The notes beneath the pieces were generated by a model. The model worked only from the letters and a program-made list of their open reading frames with translations. It did not search any database and was not told the DNA's origin. Below are positions 40,801 through 49,344 of a stretch of DNA of 64,000 nucleotides, in pieces (within the stretch, counting starts at the first letter, position 1; each line of letters starts with the position of its first letter). Made by a program: the position numbers and the translations under genes. Location: assembly GCA_048270185.1 (NCBI GenBank), contig JBLWTJ010000001.1:448001-512000 (forward strand). Reading direction: 5' to 3'. The DNA comes from Bacteriovoracaceae bacterium (GTDB lineage: Bacteria > Bdellovibrionota > Bacteriovoracia > Bacteriovoracales > Bacteriovoracaceae).

Positions 40801-43800
40801 ATGGAACGTATACTTATAACCTAGTTCAAACAGATGGTGCAGGTAATACTTCATCACCAGCACTTTCTCTATCTTGGGAAAGAGATGCGACTCCTCCTGA
40901 CTTTAATGCCACAAGCCCTGTTGCAATCTCAGTTGGACAAAATATCTCTCGTACTGTTTTAATGGATTCAATTACAGTTTCTGGTACATGTGAAGGTAAT
41001 AATGTTATTGCCATCACAGGCGCTCAGTCTGATACGATCACATGTTCATCAAACTCTTGGACTTGGACATCACAATCATATACAACTGATGCTACAAGAG
41101 CATTTACATTCACTCAAAGTGACTCAGCAGGAAATACATCTGCCCTAACTTATACATGGACAAGAGACTCAAACTTCCCTGCTCTAGGTATTAACGTAGC
41201 AACAGTTAAGAACAATGGTTCAACAGCAACGTTCTCTGGTACATGTGAAAATGGTCTAACAATTAATATTACAGGCTCACAAGCAACTACGACGACGTGC
41301 TCTTCAGGGGTATGGTCTTGGACAACAGCATCGACAGCGACTGATGTAAACAATACTTATAACTTTGCTCAAACAAATGCATCTTCAAATACATCAACTG
41401 TAACTGGTTATTGGTATCGTGAAACTGGCCTTCCAGTAGTGAATTCGATAGTAGCAGGAGTTGCTGATCCATCTCCAACAAACTTTGTACCATATGCCCT
41501 AACAGCAAGCTCACAAAACGCTAATGTTTTTATCACTCATGTTTGTATGAAGTCTGATGATACAACAACGCCACCAATTGATGATGCTTGTTGGATTGCA
41601 GTTAATTCATCTTCAATCGGAATCGTTCCAGCACAGAACGTAACAATTCCAGAATATTCATATCTTGTCGGTTGGGAGCCTGCACTTTACTCTGTATATG
41701 CTTGGGTAAAGGATGAAGCTGGAAATATTTCAACAAATACAGCGACACAAGATACAGACTTAGATTCAATAATCTATACAAAAGATGACCCACCACTAAT
41801 CTGGGACGTTGCTGCTGCAAATAATGACACATCGGCTATTCCTCCTACGAGAACAGAAACTTCTGTACCAACAGGATCCGACTTATATATCAGATGGAAA
41901 GTTGATGATGCTATTGGACTTAGCGCTACGTCGATCAATTTATTCTACACACAAGACGAGCAAGTCTTTACGGCCATTGCAGGAGCTCAAGGGATCGCCC
42001 CACATACAAATCATGGTTGTGAAGCAATTTCACTAGCGGCCAATGAAGGTTGTTTTAAATGGACAGGTGGTTCACCTCTAGCAACTGCTTATAAAATTCG
42101 AGTTAAGGTAACAAATACTTCAGGAATTAGTACTCAGCTTACATCGACACCACTAAATGCAGATAAGATTAAAATTATCGCTGGTAACACTGAAGCTGGT
42201 CTTGGCGGTGATGCACGTACAGCACTATTCTTTAACAAGGTAGTTGGAGACTCAGCTGATATTCAATCATTAGTATTTACAGACGATGGAAATATTTATT
42301 TTGCTGATTATAAGAGAGGGATTATTACTGTTGACCCTGCTGATGGAAAGCAAAAATTATTTATTCAAAAAACTGGGACGTCGACAGGAGATGGTGGTCC
42401 AGCAGAAAGTGCTACTCTACGCTTCCCTCTAAAGGTAACTCTAGATTATCAAGGAAGACTTCTTATTTGGGATTATAACCGAATCAGACGAGTTGATCTA
42501 AACCTTGAAAACCCAACAATTGAAACAATTATTGGTGGCGGTACAAATACAGCAGATACAGTTGCAAACCCACTTGATTTGCAAATGTATAATGTTTCAA
42601 CTTCAGACTATCGTACCAATGGTGCAATCTTTACAACTCTACCAAACGGCGATCTATGGTTCACATCAGACCGTCCAGAAAGTACAGAAACAACAGACCT
42701 AAGACTTAGAATCTATAAGGCCGCTACAGGACAAGTTATATCAAAATATCTGACGGGAACAGGTGACGCCTGGATTCCAACTCAAGATATATCAAAGTGT
42801 CGTTTAGGTTTTGTCGGAGTTAAATTCGACCCAACGACATCTGCAATTCAAGGAATTAAAGGGACAACATATCACCACCCTAATTTCCCAGACTGTGGAA
42901 TGTACACTTCAACATCAGATTATAACTATTCAAATGCATACTTCGACCCAACAACAGGACAGGCCATCACGCCACCAGACAATAGCTACCGTTGGTACCA
43001 TTACTATAATTTTGCCGGTATGGATGGACAAATGTATGTAACAGTAGCAAGATCATATATGAATCGAAATAACTTTGATGGAACATACACTAGAATTCTA
43101 GGTTCTGGTACTCGTGGAGAATGTGCTGATGGAACACTGGCCACAGCTTGTAATATGGACATCTATGGTGTCTTTGTCGACAAGAACGGTAAAGTGTACT
43201 TTAATGACAGAGGACGTATTAGAACACTTGATGCAGACGGAAAAGTAGTAACTATTTTCGGACAAGGTTACTCATATGGAGACGGAGTTAATGCTGTTAA
43301 TGCACGTTTCGGTAACGTTTCAAGAGTTGCAAGACTCGATAATGGAAAGATTTTTGTAAATGAGACTGCTTCATATTACTTAAAAGAGTTCACGATTGAA
43401 GGGAATATCGACATTATTGCAGGTAACGGAACAATCGCAACACAGAATACGACAGATCAAGCAAATACTCAGCCAATGAGAAGTTCATACTGGGCCATAG
43501 CTGACAAAGCTACTGGAAATATCTATTCAACTCGAGACGATCACTACGGACGTATGGCCATGTTAAATCGATCAACTGGTATTTGGGAAGATATATTCAC
43601 AAATAGTAGTGGGACAAATTATGCCTCGGCCGATGGTATGGTTGCAGGTGATATTGATATTGGTGGCAACCAAAACCGTGCTCTTCCAGTAGGTTTTGCT
43701 AACGGACACCTATTCCAATCTTTCATGAAGTATGATGCCTCTAACAATCGCTACGATGGTTTTATGATGAAATCCTTTAATAGTGCCGATAGTTACCGCC

Positions 43801-44285
43801 AGGCCCATATTATAGGGACAACAGGCTACGGTTCATATGGACCGAATGAATCTTGTGTTGAGCTTAGAACAGGACCTGTATCTGGAACGACATGTGAATT
43901 TGAGTACTGGGACAACTATAGAAATATTGTCTATGATAGTGTTGATCAAAAATACGTAACAGCAAAAATGTATCGTGGAGCAGAAAGAAGGGTTCTCGCT
44001 TTTAAGAATGGTACAGTTGAGCAAATTGCTTACACTGCAAGAAATATAAATGATGGCTGGACCTATGTAAGACGTGGTGGCACTCAATACCTATACTACT
44101 GCTATGGAAATCGTCTCTACGCTCATAATATCGATACTAATACGGACCTTGGAGCACTAGAATGGTCAATGCCACAATTATCATGTCGCGGTATGCAATT
44201 TGACTACAACCCTACTAATGACTCAATTCTGTTCCCATTTGAACAAAATGGTCTCTATGGTGTCGCGGAATACTTCCTGCCATAG
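34878..44285 (+). CDS. Giant surface adhesin-like protein (3135 aa): cadherin-like tandem repeats, Ig-like repeats and a C-terminal NHL/beta-propeller region
   Basis: N-terminal TM; 12 NDAP...ED...YTP..NYNG.DSFTY repeats; D.AGN Ig-like repeats; GDGGPAESATL and YFAD NHL-type motifs; gagggg RBS before TTG. Confidence 0.88.
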   Translation: MKLSNVKMLALATIILTITIWKLSSDSEDRAKSPYNELAKKINLKHELVKPKAKQRVLSSRGPSSIDNFDDDLQQEALPSKTKKKSIFKKFKAPLLKAVNEARNEIPYGDFFVGEEVAESKPNKPKDDVTPVPPSSRPYLPPETDNPNTKSSGGSGNNTIVTPAISGTIPPLKGIVTNVGYSPFSAYAATCVDPKVELFDMVTMTPLEDNPIELEGVETTTYFEFDPSVLGLDLSKPARYKVKVTGCDVDLEKVVTSFYIPQDITSISSLLAQLTNTDIAYDPDLSFSTGLGEVEKAITDALGDPTISDYATIYSELSSNTQALETFTEITNGENTIILKDSAPKVKSLTIPASMEEDLSHSFSTLATHWDTDYEIAYQWILDGATVSNSNTWDYIPPDNTAATANIILRIGKKNIADNDVNIATAPYHEFTYTLDVLQINDAPTLAATQSIDVTEDTIHTFQLTEGFDIDSPSIDYIITTPPSNGTLSCVGTTNDCTYTPNPDYQGADTFEYKVNDGELDSTTAVVSINVINVNDRPVSGADQSLSIAEDTNLSITLSAATDIDNVQSDISYMLVNTPVNGTLSNCIVSGSYSQDLTCDYLPNANYYGTDSFSYKAYDGALDSATNAVVNITITPVNDAPTLASTQTLSTDEDTTLNFDLTAGADIEGTTLNYTILTNPASGTLNCTEGTSRSCTYSPALNYFGDVTFTYKVDDGELDSLNVNTVTITVNPINDAPVMGADQTLATNEDIPLNFTLSSATDVDIPAQTISYKLLTAPVNGVLSNCIQTGSYVTDIDCTYTPNANYYGSDSFTYIANDSVTDAVTIATVTLNIAAVNDAPTLAATQSVTTNEDTPVAFTLNSGSDIEGTTLNYTIVSAPADGTLTCDEGTSRNCSYSPDLNFYGTTTFTYKVDDGELDSTLATVTINVTSENDAPVMVGDQSETVAEDNTISITLSGATDVDIPVQTLSYKLITAPANGTLSNCISAGTYTTDIICDYTPNLNFNGSDSFTYRANDGLTDSSTDSTVSITVTPVNDAPTLVAGQTVTTAEDTPITFNLNIGSDVEGSSLDYIVVTTTSNGSLSCVGATSRSCTYSPSLNFNGSDSFTYKVNDGALDSTTETVSITVNPVNDAPVMVGNQSVATNEDTLLSITLSGATDVDLPAQTLSYKLITAPSNGVLSNCISAGSYTTDIICDYLPSANFNGSDSFTYRANDTLLDSVTDSTVTITINAVNDAPTLIAGQTVSTNEDTPVSFSLNAGSDIENDTLTYAVVAAPSNGSLSCTGGTSRACTYTPSLNYNGSDSFTYKVNDGSLDSNIVTVNITVNAINDAPVMVSDQSFTTNEDTAFSITLSGATDVDLPAQTISYKITTSPTNGTITNCINSSTYTTDIICTYTPNANFNGSDSFTYIANDGLIDATSSSIVSLTINPVNDQPTVPPTQSIATNEDTPITFNLNAGSDIDGDTLTYIKVTNPASGSVTCAGGTSRSCTYTPALNYNGVVSFTYKVNDGTIDSANATVSITVNSVNDAPVMASNQSYSTNDNTALSITLNNATDVDGDALTYKIVSGPTNGTLTNCITTGSYGTDLTCTYTSNINFHGTDTFTFIANDGLVDAATVETVTITVTDKTPSAPPTIALSSPLYTNSTANTLTVSSCSDISSVLINEGTQPAAGSASWQTCSTTASAITYTLASTTQGLHTLKAWSKDPHGNVSTTANNVSVYYDTINPSMALTTPSIQKGGNSTPLQWTATDASTSSSQTFQVDFFNGSTWSSVGTTASANGPISSQAFSRAWTVPSINTTSARFRVSYTDLAGNSATVQSATFTIDSIAPALSYTSPANNSYHLSSTTITGNCESGLNINISGDLQANFSIACSGGTFSQLVNFSDNDGAKNITINQVDAAGNSTSVTRTFIRDEIAPVLTKTAGVSPDFTNANVPNAWSGTCEGTYTIYVTGDQTTSFNCSNGTWNWTPSPKTVDGTYTYNLVQTDGAGNTSSPALSLSWERDATPPDFNATSPVAISVGQNISRTVLMDSITVSGTCEGNNVIAITGAQSDTITCSSNSWTWTSQSYTTDATRAFTFTQSDSAGNTSALTYTWTRDSNFPALGINVATVKNNGSTATFSGTCENGLTINITGSQATTTTCSSGVWSWTTASTATDVNNTYNFAQTNASSNTSTVTGYWYRETGLPVVNSIVAGVADPSPTNFVPYALTASSQNANVFITHVCMKSDDTTTPPIDDACWIAVNSSSIGIVPAQNVTIPEYSYLVGWEPALYSVYAWVKDEAGNISTNTATQDTDLDSIIYTKDDPPLIWDVAAANNDTSAIPPTRTETSVPTGSDLYIRWKVDDAIGLSATSINLFYTQDEQVFTAIAGAQGIAPHTNHGCEAISLAANEGCFKWTGGSPLATAYKIRVKVTNTSGISTQLTSTPLNADKIKIIAGNTEAGLGGDARTALFFNKVVGDSADIQSLVFTDDGNIYFADYKRGIITVDPADGKQKLFIQKTGTSTGDGGPAESATLRFPLKVTLDYQGRLLIWDYNRIRRVDLNLENPTIETIIGGGTNTADTVANPLDLQMYNVSTSDYRTNGAIFTTLPNGDLWFTSDRPESTETTDLRLRIYKAATGQVISKYLTGTGDAWIPTQDISKCRLGFVGVKFDPTTSAIQGIKGTTYHHPNFPDCGMYTSTSDYNYSNAYFDPTTGQAITPPDNSYRWYHYYNFAGMDGQMYVTVARSYMNRNNFDGTYTRILGSGTRGECADGTLATACNMDIYGVFVDKNGKVYFNDRGRIRTLDADGKVVTIFGQGYSYGDGVNAVNARFGNVSRVARLDNGKIFVNETASYYLKEFTIEGNIDIIAGNGTIATQNTTDQANTQPMRSSYWAIADKATGNIYSTRDDHYGRMAMLNRSTGIWEDIFTNSSGTNYASADGMVAGDIDIGGNQNRALPVGFANGHLFQSFMKYDASNNRYDGFMMKSFNSADSYRQAHIIGTTGYGSYGPNESCVELRTGPVSGTTCEFEYWDNYRNIVYDSVDQKYVTAKMYRGAERRVLAFKNGTVEQIAYTARNINDGWTYVRRGGTQYLYYCYGNRLYAHNIDTNTDLGALEWSMPQLSCRGMQFDYNPTNDSILFPFEQNGLYGVAEYFLP
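36198..39750 (+). repeat. Twelve approximately 100-aa cadherin-like repeats alternating A/B
   Basis: Repeat starts: NDAPTL, NDRPVS, NDAPTL, NDAPVM, NDAPTL, NDAPVM, NDAPTL, NDAPVM, NDAPTL, NDAPVM, NDQPTV, NDAPVM. Confidence 0.9.
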
Positions 44286-44382
44286 GAGTATGTCCAAAAA
44301 AATTGCGCAAAATTTACATTAAGTTTGTCGATTTAAATCGAATTAGCTAGGATGCCTTCAAATTCATCAATGAGGTATTCCG

Positions 44383-44691
44383 ATGCAAAAATTACTAGTA
44401 ATTGCTACTACTCTACTAACAATTAATGCTATTGCCTGTGATAAGTCAGTCTCTTATCAATTAAGAAAAGAGATTCGTTCAGACTATCCGCTAGAAGTAA
44501 AATTCATGGGAGAGCTTGCTGCAGGTGACGACTTAGTTAGTAACCGTGGCCATAAAATTGCTTCCTTCAATAAAGACATGCTGATCTATTCAGCTATTGG
44601 CAGTGAACACTCAGGTTGGTTTAATGCGGCCGTCGCAGTTGATAAGAAAACATGTAAAGTTGAAAAAATCGGCTACTTTGCGGCCGAGTAA
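44383..44691 (+). CDS. Small secreted hypothetical protein
   Basis: Signal peptide, gagg RBS, two Cys. Confidence 0.65.
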   Translation: MQKLLVIATTLLTINAIACDKSVSYQLRKEIRSDYPLEVKFMGELAAGDDLVSNRGHKIASFNKDMLIYSAIGSEHSGWFNAAVAVDKKTCKVEKIGYFAAE

Positions 44692-44729
44692 CAGCGTTAA
44701 ATGAAATAAAAATTCATTAAAAATAATCC

Positions 44730-44756
44730 AAAGGCCCTCAAAAAAGGGCCTTTTTT
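44730..44756 (+). terminator. Intrinsic terminator
   Basis: aaaggccct-caaaaa-agggcctttttt. Confidence 0.75.
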
Positions 44757-44829
44757 ATGTCTGTTATGGACGAACTCTCCCTTTTTTCATAGAATCTAAC
44801 CCTAAAATATTCAATACCAAGAAGGATTT

Positions 44830-45552
44830 ATGGGAAGAAAATCAGCTAAAATTGCGGCCAAAAAAGGTGCTGCAGACAAGGCCCGAGGCCAAGTATTCAC
44901 AAGAGCTCTAAAAGATGTATTCTTAGCTTCTAAAAGCGGAAGTGGAGACCCAGACACTAACTTTCTTTTAAAAGTTGCCATTGATCGTTGTAAGAAATTT
45001 AACGTACCAAAGGACAATATCGATCGTGCCATCAAAAAAGGTCAAGGCGGAGATGGTGCAGGATATGTTGATATCAACTACGAAGGTTATGGACCAGGTG
45101 GTGTTGCTGTTTTCGTTGAAGCATCAACTGATAATAATACAAGAACTGTTGCCAATGTAAGAAGCTACTTCACTAAGGTAAAGGGCTCTCTAGGACAAAC
45201 TGGTTCACTTGAATTTGTTTTTAAAAGAGAAGCAAACTTTCTTGTTAATGAAGAAAATGTCAGTGATGCTGATGAGTTTGAATTAGAAGTCATAGATGCA
45301 GGAGCTGAAGATATAACACTTGAGGATGGTGTCTTTGAAATAATCTCACCGGTAGAAGCCTTTGGTGATATTCAAAAGAAACTTCAAGCAATTGGAGTTA
45401 CTCCAGAAGAAGCAAGACTAGAGAGAGTTCCTCTTAATTTTAAAGCGATTGATGATGAAGACACGTTAAAACAATTTGAAAAACTCATTGATCTTCTTGA
45501 AGAAGATGATGATGTTGTCACAGTCTATCACAATCTCGAAGAAGAAGAATAA
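44830..45552 (+). CDS. yebC: YebC/PmpR family protein
   Basis: PKDNIDRAIKK, YEGYGPGGVA, TDNNTRT and DDDV..VYHN motifs. Confidence 0.95.
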   Translation: MGRKSAKIAAKKGAADKARGQVFTRALKDVFLASKSGSGDPDTNFLLKVAIDRCKKFNVPKDNIDRAIKKGQGGDGAGYVDINYEGYGPGGVAVFVEASTDNNTRTVANVRSYFTKVKGSLGQTGSLEFVFKREANFLVNEENVSDADEFELEVIDAGAEDITLEDGVFEIISPVEAFGDIQKKLQAIGVTPEEARLERVPLNFKAIDDEDTLKQFEKLIDLLEEDDDVVTVYHNLEEEE

Positions 45553-45561
45553 ACATAAAAA

Positions 45562-45595
45562 ATGGTCACTAAAATTTTTGGTGGCCATAATTTTC
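45562..45595 (+). terminator. Probable terminator after yebC
   Basis: atggtcactaaa/tttggtggccat stem with G-U pairs, then a T-rich tail. Confidence 0.5.
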
Positions 45596-45693
45596 TTCTT
45601 AAGAAAAAAATCAAGTATACTTTCTAAACAATTAAAATAACTCCAGTTACAACACTCTCCTACTACGCAAAACTCAATATATTCAAATAGTTA

Positions 45694-45721
45694 TAAGTTT
45701 TCTCTAGAGTTTAGCCGATAA
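45694..45721 (+). promoter_or_regulatory. Sigma28 (FliA)-like promoter upstream of the DUF898 gene
   Basis: TAAGTTT...GCCGATAA with a perfect -10 at 45714-45721. Confidence 0.55.
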
Positions 45722-45742
45722 TGTATTTAAGGGAGAGAAACT

Positions 45743-46678
45743 ATGAATAATTACCACTTTGAATTTAAGGGTAAGGGAAAAGATTTATTCGTCCTTATTC
45801 TAAAGAACATCTTACTCACACTCATTACTGTGGGACTTTATTATCCATTTGCTAAAACAAATATCAGAAAGTTCTTCTGGAATCACCTTGAAGTGCAAGG
45901 TGAAAAATTTCATTACTCAGGAAAGGGTTGGGAAATTTTTAAAGGTTATGCACTAGTTTTTGCAGGCTACGCAGTCTTTGTTGCTTATCAGTATCTAGTT
46001 AAAACTTACCTGCCAGGCTTTATGCCATTTAACCTGATCCTCTTCATTGGTTTAATTGTCTATTTCGCTCCACTTGTAATCGTGGGCAGTCGCGCCTATT
46101 TATTATCAAGAACACAGCTACGAGGTGTTTCATTTGGAATTGATCGATGTGCAACGGGAAAGATAAGAATAGAAATGGCCAAGGCCGTCTTTCTATCAAT
46201 TATTACACTAGGTATTTGGAATATTATCTTCTTTTTCAGACTTAGGTCTATTATGGTCAACAATAGCTATTTCGGAAACAATAAGTTCGAATACAAGGCA
46301 AAGGCATCTGACTTCTTCTGGCTGAACGTAAAAGGTATACTTCTGTCGTATGTAACTCTTGGTATCTATGGAGCATGGTTCACAAAAGACGTTATGAAAT
46401 TTCATGCTAATCATACTTACATCCAAGGTCATAATTTTGATATTGATCTAAAAGGAAGTGAAGTACTCGTTCTCTACTTAAAATGCTTAGGACTTATTCT
46501 CGTAACACTTGGACTTGCGATGCCATGGGTAGCGACTATAAATATGACCTTCTATGTGAAGAAATATCGCTACACTGGTGAATTTGACTATTCACAAGTA
46601 GGACAATCAAAGCTTGAAAAATATGGTGCAATCAGTGATGGAATTGGTGACTCACTAGATTTAGACTTAGGTTTCTAA
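45743..46678 (+). CDS. YjgN/DUF898 family inner membrane protein
   Basis: FEFKGKG...KNILLTLITVGLYYPFAK, repeated TLGI motifs and TLGLAMPW. Confidence 0.88.
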   Translation: MNNYHFEFKGKGKDLFVLILKNILLTLITVGLYYPFAKTNIRKFFWNHLEVQGEKFHYSGKGWEIFKGYALVFAGYAVFVAYQYLVKTYLPGFMPFNLILFIGLIVYFAPLVIVGSRAYLLSRTQLRGVSFGIDRCATGKIRIEMAKAVFLSIITLGIWNIIFFFRLRSIMVNNSYFGNNKFEYKAKASDFFWLNVKGILLSYVTLGIYGAWFTKDVMKFHANHTYIQGHNFDIDLKGSEVLVLYLKCLGLILVTLGLAMPWVATINMTFYVKKYRYTGEFDYSQVGQSKLEKYGAISDGIGDSLDLDLGF

Positions 46679-47691
46679 TGAATATTAATTGTCGCTACAC
46701 AAATAGTGAAAGTGCAGAAATATATGACGTCAGGACCTTTATAGGTCCTGACTCTCTCACTATCTACTTTGGATCTCAAGAATATTCTTGGAAGAATCAA
46801 GAGTGCATTATTGAAGAGTTTGGTAGCGATCAAATTATTCTTATTAATGAAAATAGTCGATTATATATTCAAATTGATGATTGGAAATTAATTAAAGATA
46901 AATTCCCTCAATACAAGGAAAGTTTAAAAATACCATGGTATGGATATGCAGCCGCTATTACAATTGTTATCGCTAGCTACTTCGCTTCAATACCTTTCTT
47001 ATCAGAAAAAATAGCCGAAGTCGTTCCTGATTCAATGGCACAAAAGGTAGGCGAAGAGTTCATTGAAAGTATTAAAGAGCGTGAATGTAAGTTTGAATAT
47101 CAGACAAAAGTCATTGAAGATAAGATTTATGAACTAGTAGGTGAAAATAACTTTAAGGTTGTTGTAATAGAGTCTCCACAATCAAACGCCTTTGCGGCCC
47201 CAGGGGGTGTTATTGTATTCACTTCAAGAATTATTAAAGATTTCGATAATGAAGAGCAACTAATGGGAATTCTCGCCCACGAGATTATGCATCATAAGAA
47301 GAGACATCATATTAAAAAAATAATTAAACTTAGTATGACCTCTGCAGTATGGTCCATGGCAATTTCATCAGTAACAGGTTTTGTCGCTTTTGACCCAGAG
47401 ATTATCAAAGGATTTCTTCTAAGATCATATAGTAGTGCCGATGAGAAAGAAGCAGATATCGAGGCCATAGCCCTCTTAGAAAGCAAAAATCATACTGCAC
47501 GTGGATTAAAAGAATTTCTAAATAATAACTACAAGGGAGTCTTTGGAAATAAATATATTGAAAAGATATTCTCAACCCACCCTGCGACTGAAGATCGTAT
47601 AGCCTATATCGATGAAAAAATGACAATCAAAGATCAACTAGCAAGAACAACATTTGACTGGGTAAAATTCAAAGAAAAATGTAAAAAATAA
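46678..47691 (+). CDS. M48-family metallopeptidase
   Basis: NAFAAPGG, LAHEIMH, E.EAD and STHP...RI motifs; coupled to DUF898. Confidence 0.9.
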   Translation: MNINCRYTNSESAEIYDVRTFIGPDSLTIYFGSQEYSWKNQECIIEEFGSDQIILINENSRLYIQIDDWKLIKDKFPQYKESLKIPWYGYAAAITIVIASYFASIPFLSEKIAEVVPDSMAQKVGEEFIESIKERECKFEYQTKVIEDKIYELVGENNFKVVVIESPQSNAFAAPGGVIVFTSRIIKDFDNEEQLMGILAHEIMHHKKRHHIKKIIKLSMTSAVWSMAISSVTGFVAFDPEIIKGFLLRSYSSADEKEADIEAIALLESKNHTARGLKEFLNNNYKGVFGNKYIEKIFSTHPATEDRIAYIDEKMTIKDQLARTTFDWVKFKEKCKK

Positions 47692-47693
47692 TA

Positions 47694-49286
47694 CTACTTC
47701 AAATTAAGCCGATCATTAATAAGATTATGGTAGTGAACTAACTTGTCTTTTAGACGATGAGTATAAGTTATCATGTGCATAATAATACTAGCATCACTAC
47801 GATGAGGCTTGGCCATAAGCTTTAAAAGTTTCTTATTATAGTCAATTAACTGAATTTCAAATTCTTTAATTTCATGGGCCAAATGTTTTCGATCTTCTTC
47901 ACTTAGGTGTGGGTTTGACATCTTATCAAAGAAATTAAGGGTTCCCGTGGCCAGGGCCCTAACGATGAGAATGATATCACTCTTAAGTTCAATATAATTT
48001 TCATCCATTGAAACTTTCATTTGTGATAAGTCTTTGACTGAATCATGAATTTGAAAGATATATTCGTAGACAGTCATTATACGGATAACAGTATTAATTT
48101 GTTCTTCATCTGCACATTCTGAAATATACTTAGAAGAAAAAACAAGCATTTCGGATTCAACATAATCAATATAATCCATACGCCTCTTTGCAACTTCATT
48201 AATGCCTTTATAATTCGTTTCAATACTTAAAGTGACAAGATTGTAATTTTCTTGTACAAATTCATAAGTCTTTGGGAGGTTTTCATAGAGGGCTCTTTCA
48301 AGTTCATCAAAATCCGTATCAGACTTAAATATACTTAAATCAAAGCGTTCAAAGTCCATCTTCCCTTCTCCGAGAAGACGATCGATAAAACGGGTAAAAG
48401 GAGTAATAAGTGCAACGAAAACAACAGTCGTTGTCACATTGAAAATTAGATGAAAATTAGCAAGAGCAATTGCCGGGTTATCAGAAGTAGTAGCAAAGCT
48501 TCCGGCCCAGAAATATACAATAGGAAGAAATATTATAACTCCCCCAATATTGAATAAGAGATGTGTCAGGGCCGTCTTCTTTGCTGCGATATCCATATTA
48601 ACCATCGAAATTACGGCCGTCACAGTGGTTCCAATATTGGCCCCCATTAGAATAGGTATGGCGTTTTCAACAGATATTATTCCTTGCTGAGTCAGGATAA
48701 TGGCAAGTCCAGTCGTAACAGATGATGATTGGACAACGGCCGTAATAAGACTTCCAATGAGTACACCTAAAAGTAAATTATGTGGCCTAGAGAGGAACTC
48801 AACAAGCCTAGCATCATGTTGCAAAGGCGTTAAGGTTTGAGAAATTAGATTCAGAGCAAAGAAGACAAAACCAAAATAGAAAAGAGATTTTGCAAAGACT
48901 GAGTACTTTGAACGAATAAGAGATAAGAAAAAGCCTATTATAATGAATATAGGGCCAAAGGCCGTAAGCTTAAAAGCAACTAACTGGGCCGTAATGGTTG
49001 TTCCGACATTGGAACCAAAGATGATACCAACGCTATTTTTAAATGAAAGTACACCCGCATTTACTAGGCTAATTGTTATAACAGAGGTAGCTGATGAGGA
49101 TTGCACGACGGCAGTTACAACAGCACCGATTAAAACGCCAATACCTGTATAATTTGTGACTTTACCGATAATCTTACGAAATTGTTCACCAGTAACTTTT
49201 TGAACTTCTTTAGAGAAGTTTTCAAGGCCAAAGATAAAGAGAATCACACTTGAAGTTGCCGCAATTATTATATTAAAATCACCCAT
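47694..49286 (-). CDS. Na/Pi cotransporter family protein
   Basis: Two TAVVQSSS repeats, GSNVGTT and GANIGTT; PhoU-like C-terminus. Confidence 0.92.
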   Translation of the reverse strand: MGDFNIIIAATSSVILFIFGLENFSKEVQKVTGEQFRKIIGKVTNYTGIGVLIGAVVTAVVQSSSATSVITISLVNAGVLSFKNSVGIIFGSNVGTTITAQLVAFKLTAFGPIFIIIGFFLSLIRSKYSVFAKSLFYFGFVFFALNLISQTLTPLQHDARLVEFLSRPHNLLLGVLIGSLITAVVQSSSVTTGLAIILTQQGIISVENAIPILMGANIGTTVTAVISMVNMDIAAKKTALTHLLFNIGGVIIFLPIVYFWAGSFATTSDNPAIALANFHLIFNVTTTVVFVALITPFTRFIDRLLGEGKMDFERFDLSIFKSDTDFDELERALYENLPKTYEFVQENYNLVTLSIETNYKGINEVAKRRMDYIDYVESEMLVFSSKYISECADEEQINTVIRIMTVYEYIFQIHDSVKDLSQMKVSMDENYIELKSDIILIVRALATGTLNFFDKMSNPHLSEEDRKHLAHEIKEFEIQLIDYNKKLLKLMAKPHRSDASIIMHMITYTHRLKDKLVHYHNLINDRLNLK

Positions 49287-49344
49287 CGTTCCATCCTAAG
49301 TATAGTCAATATTTTAACTATACTTAGCTTTATTGGAAACATAA

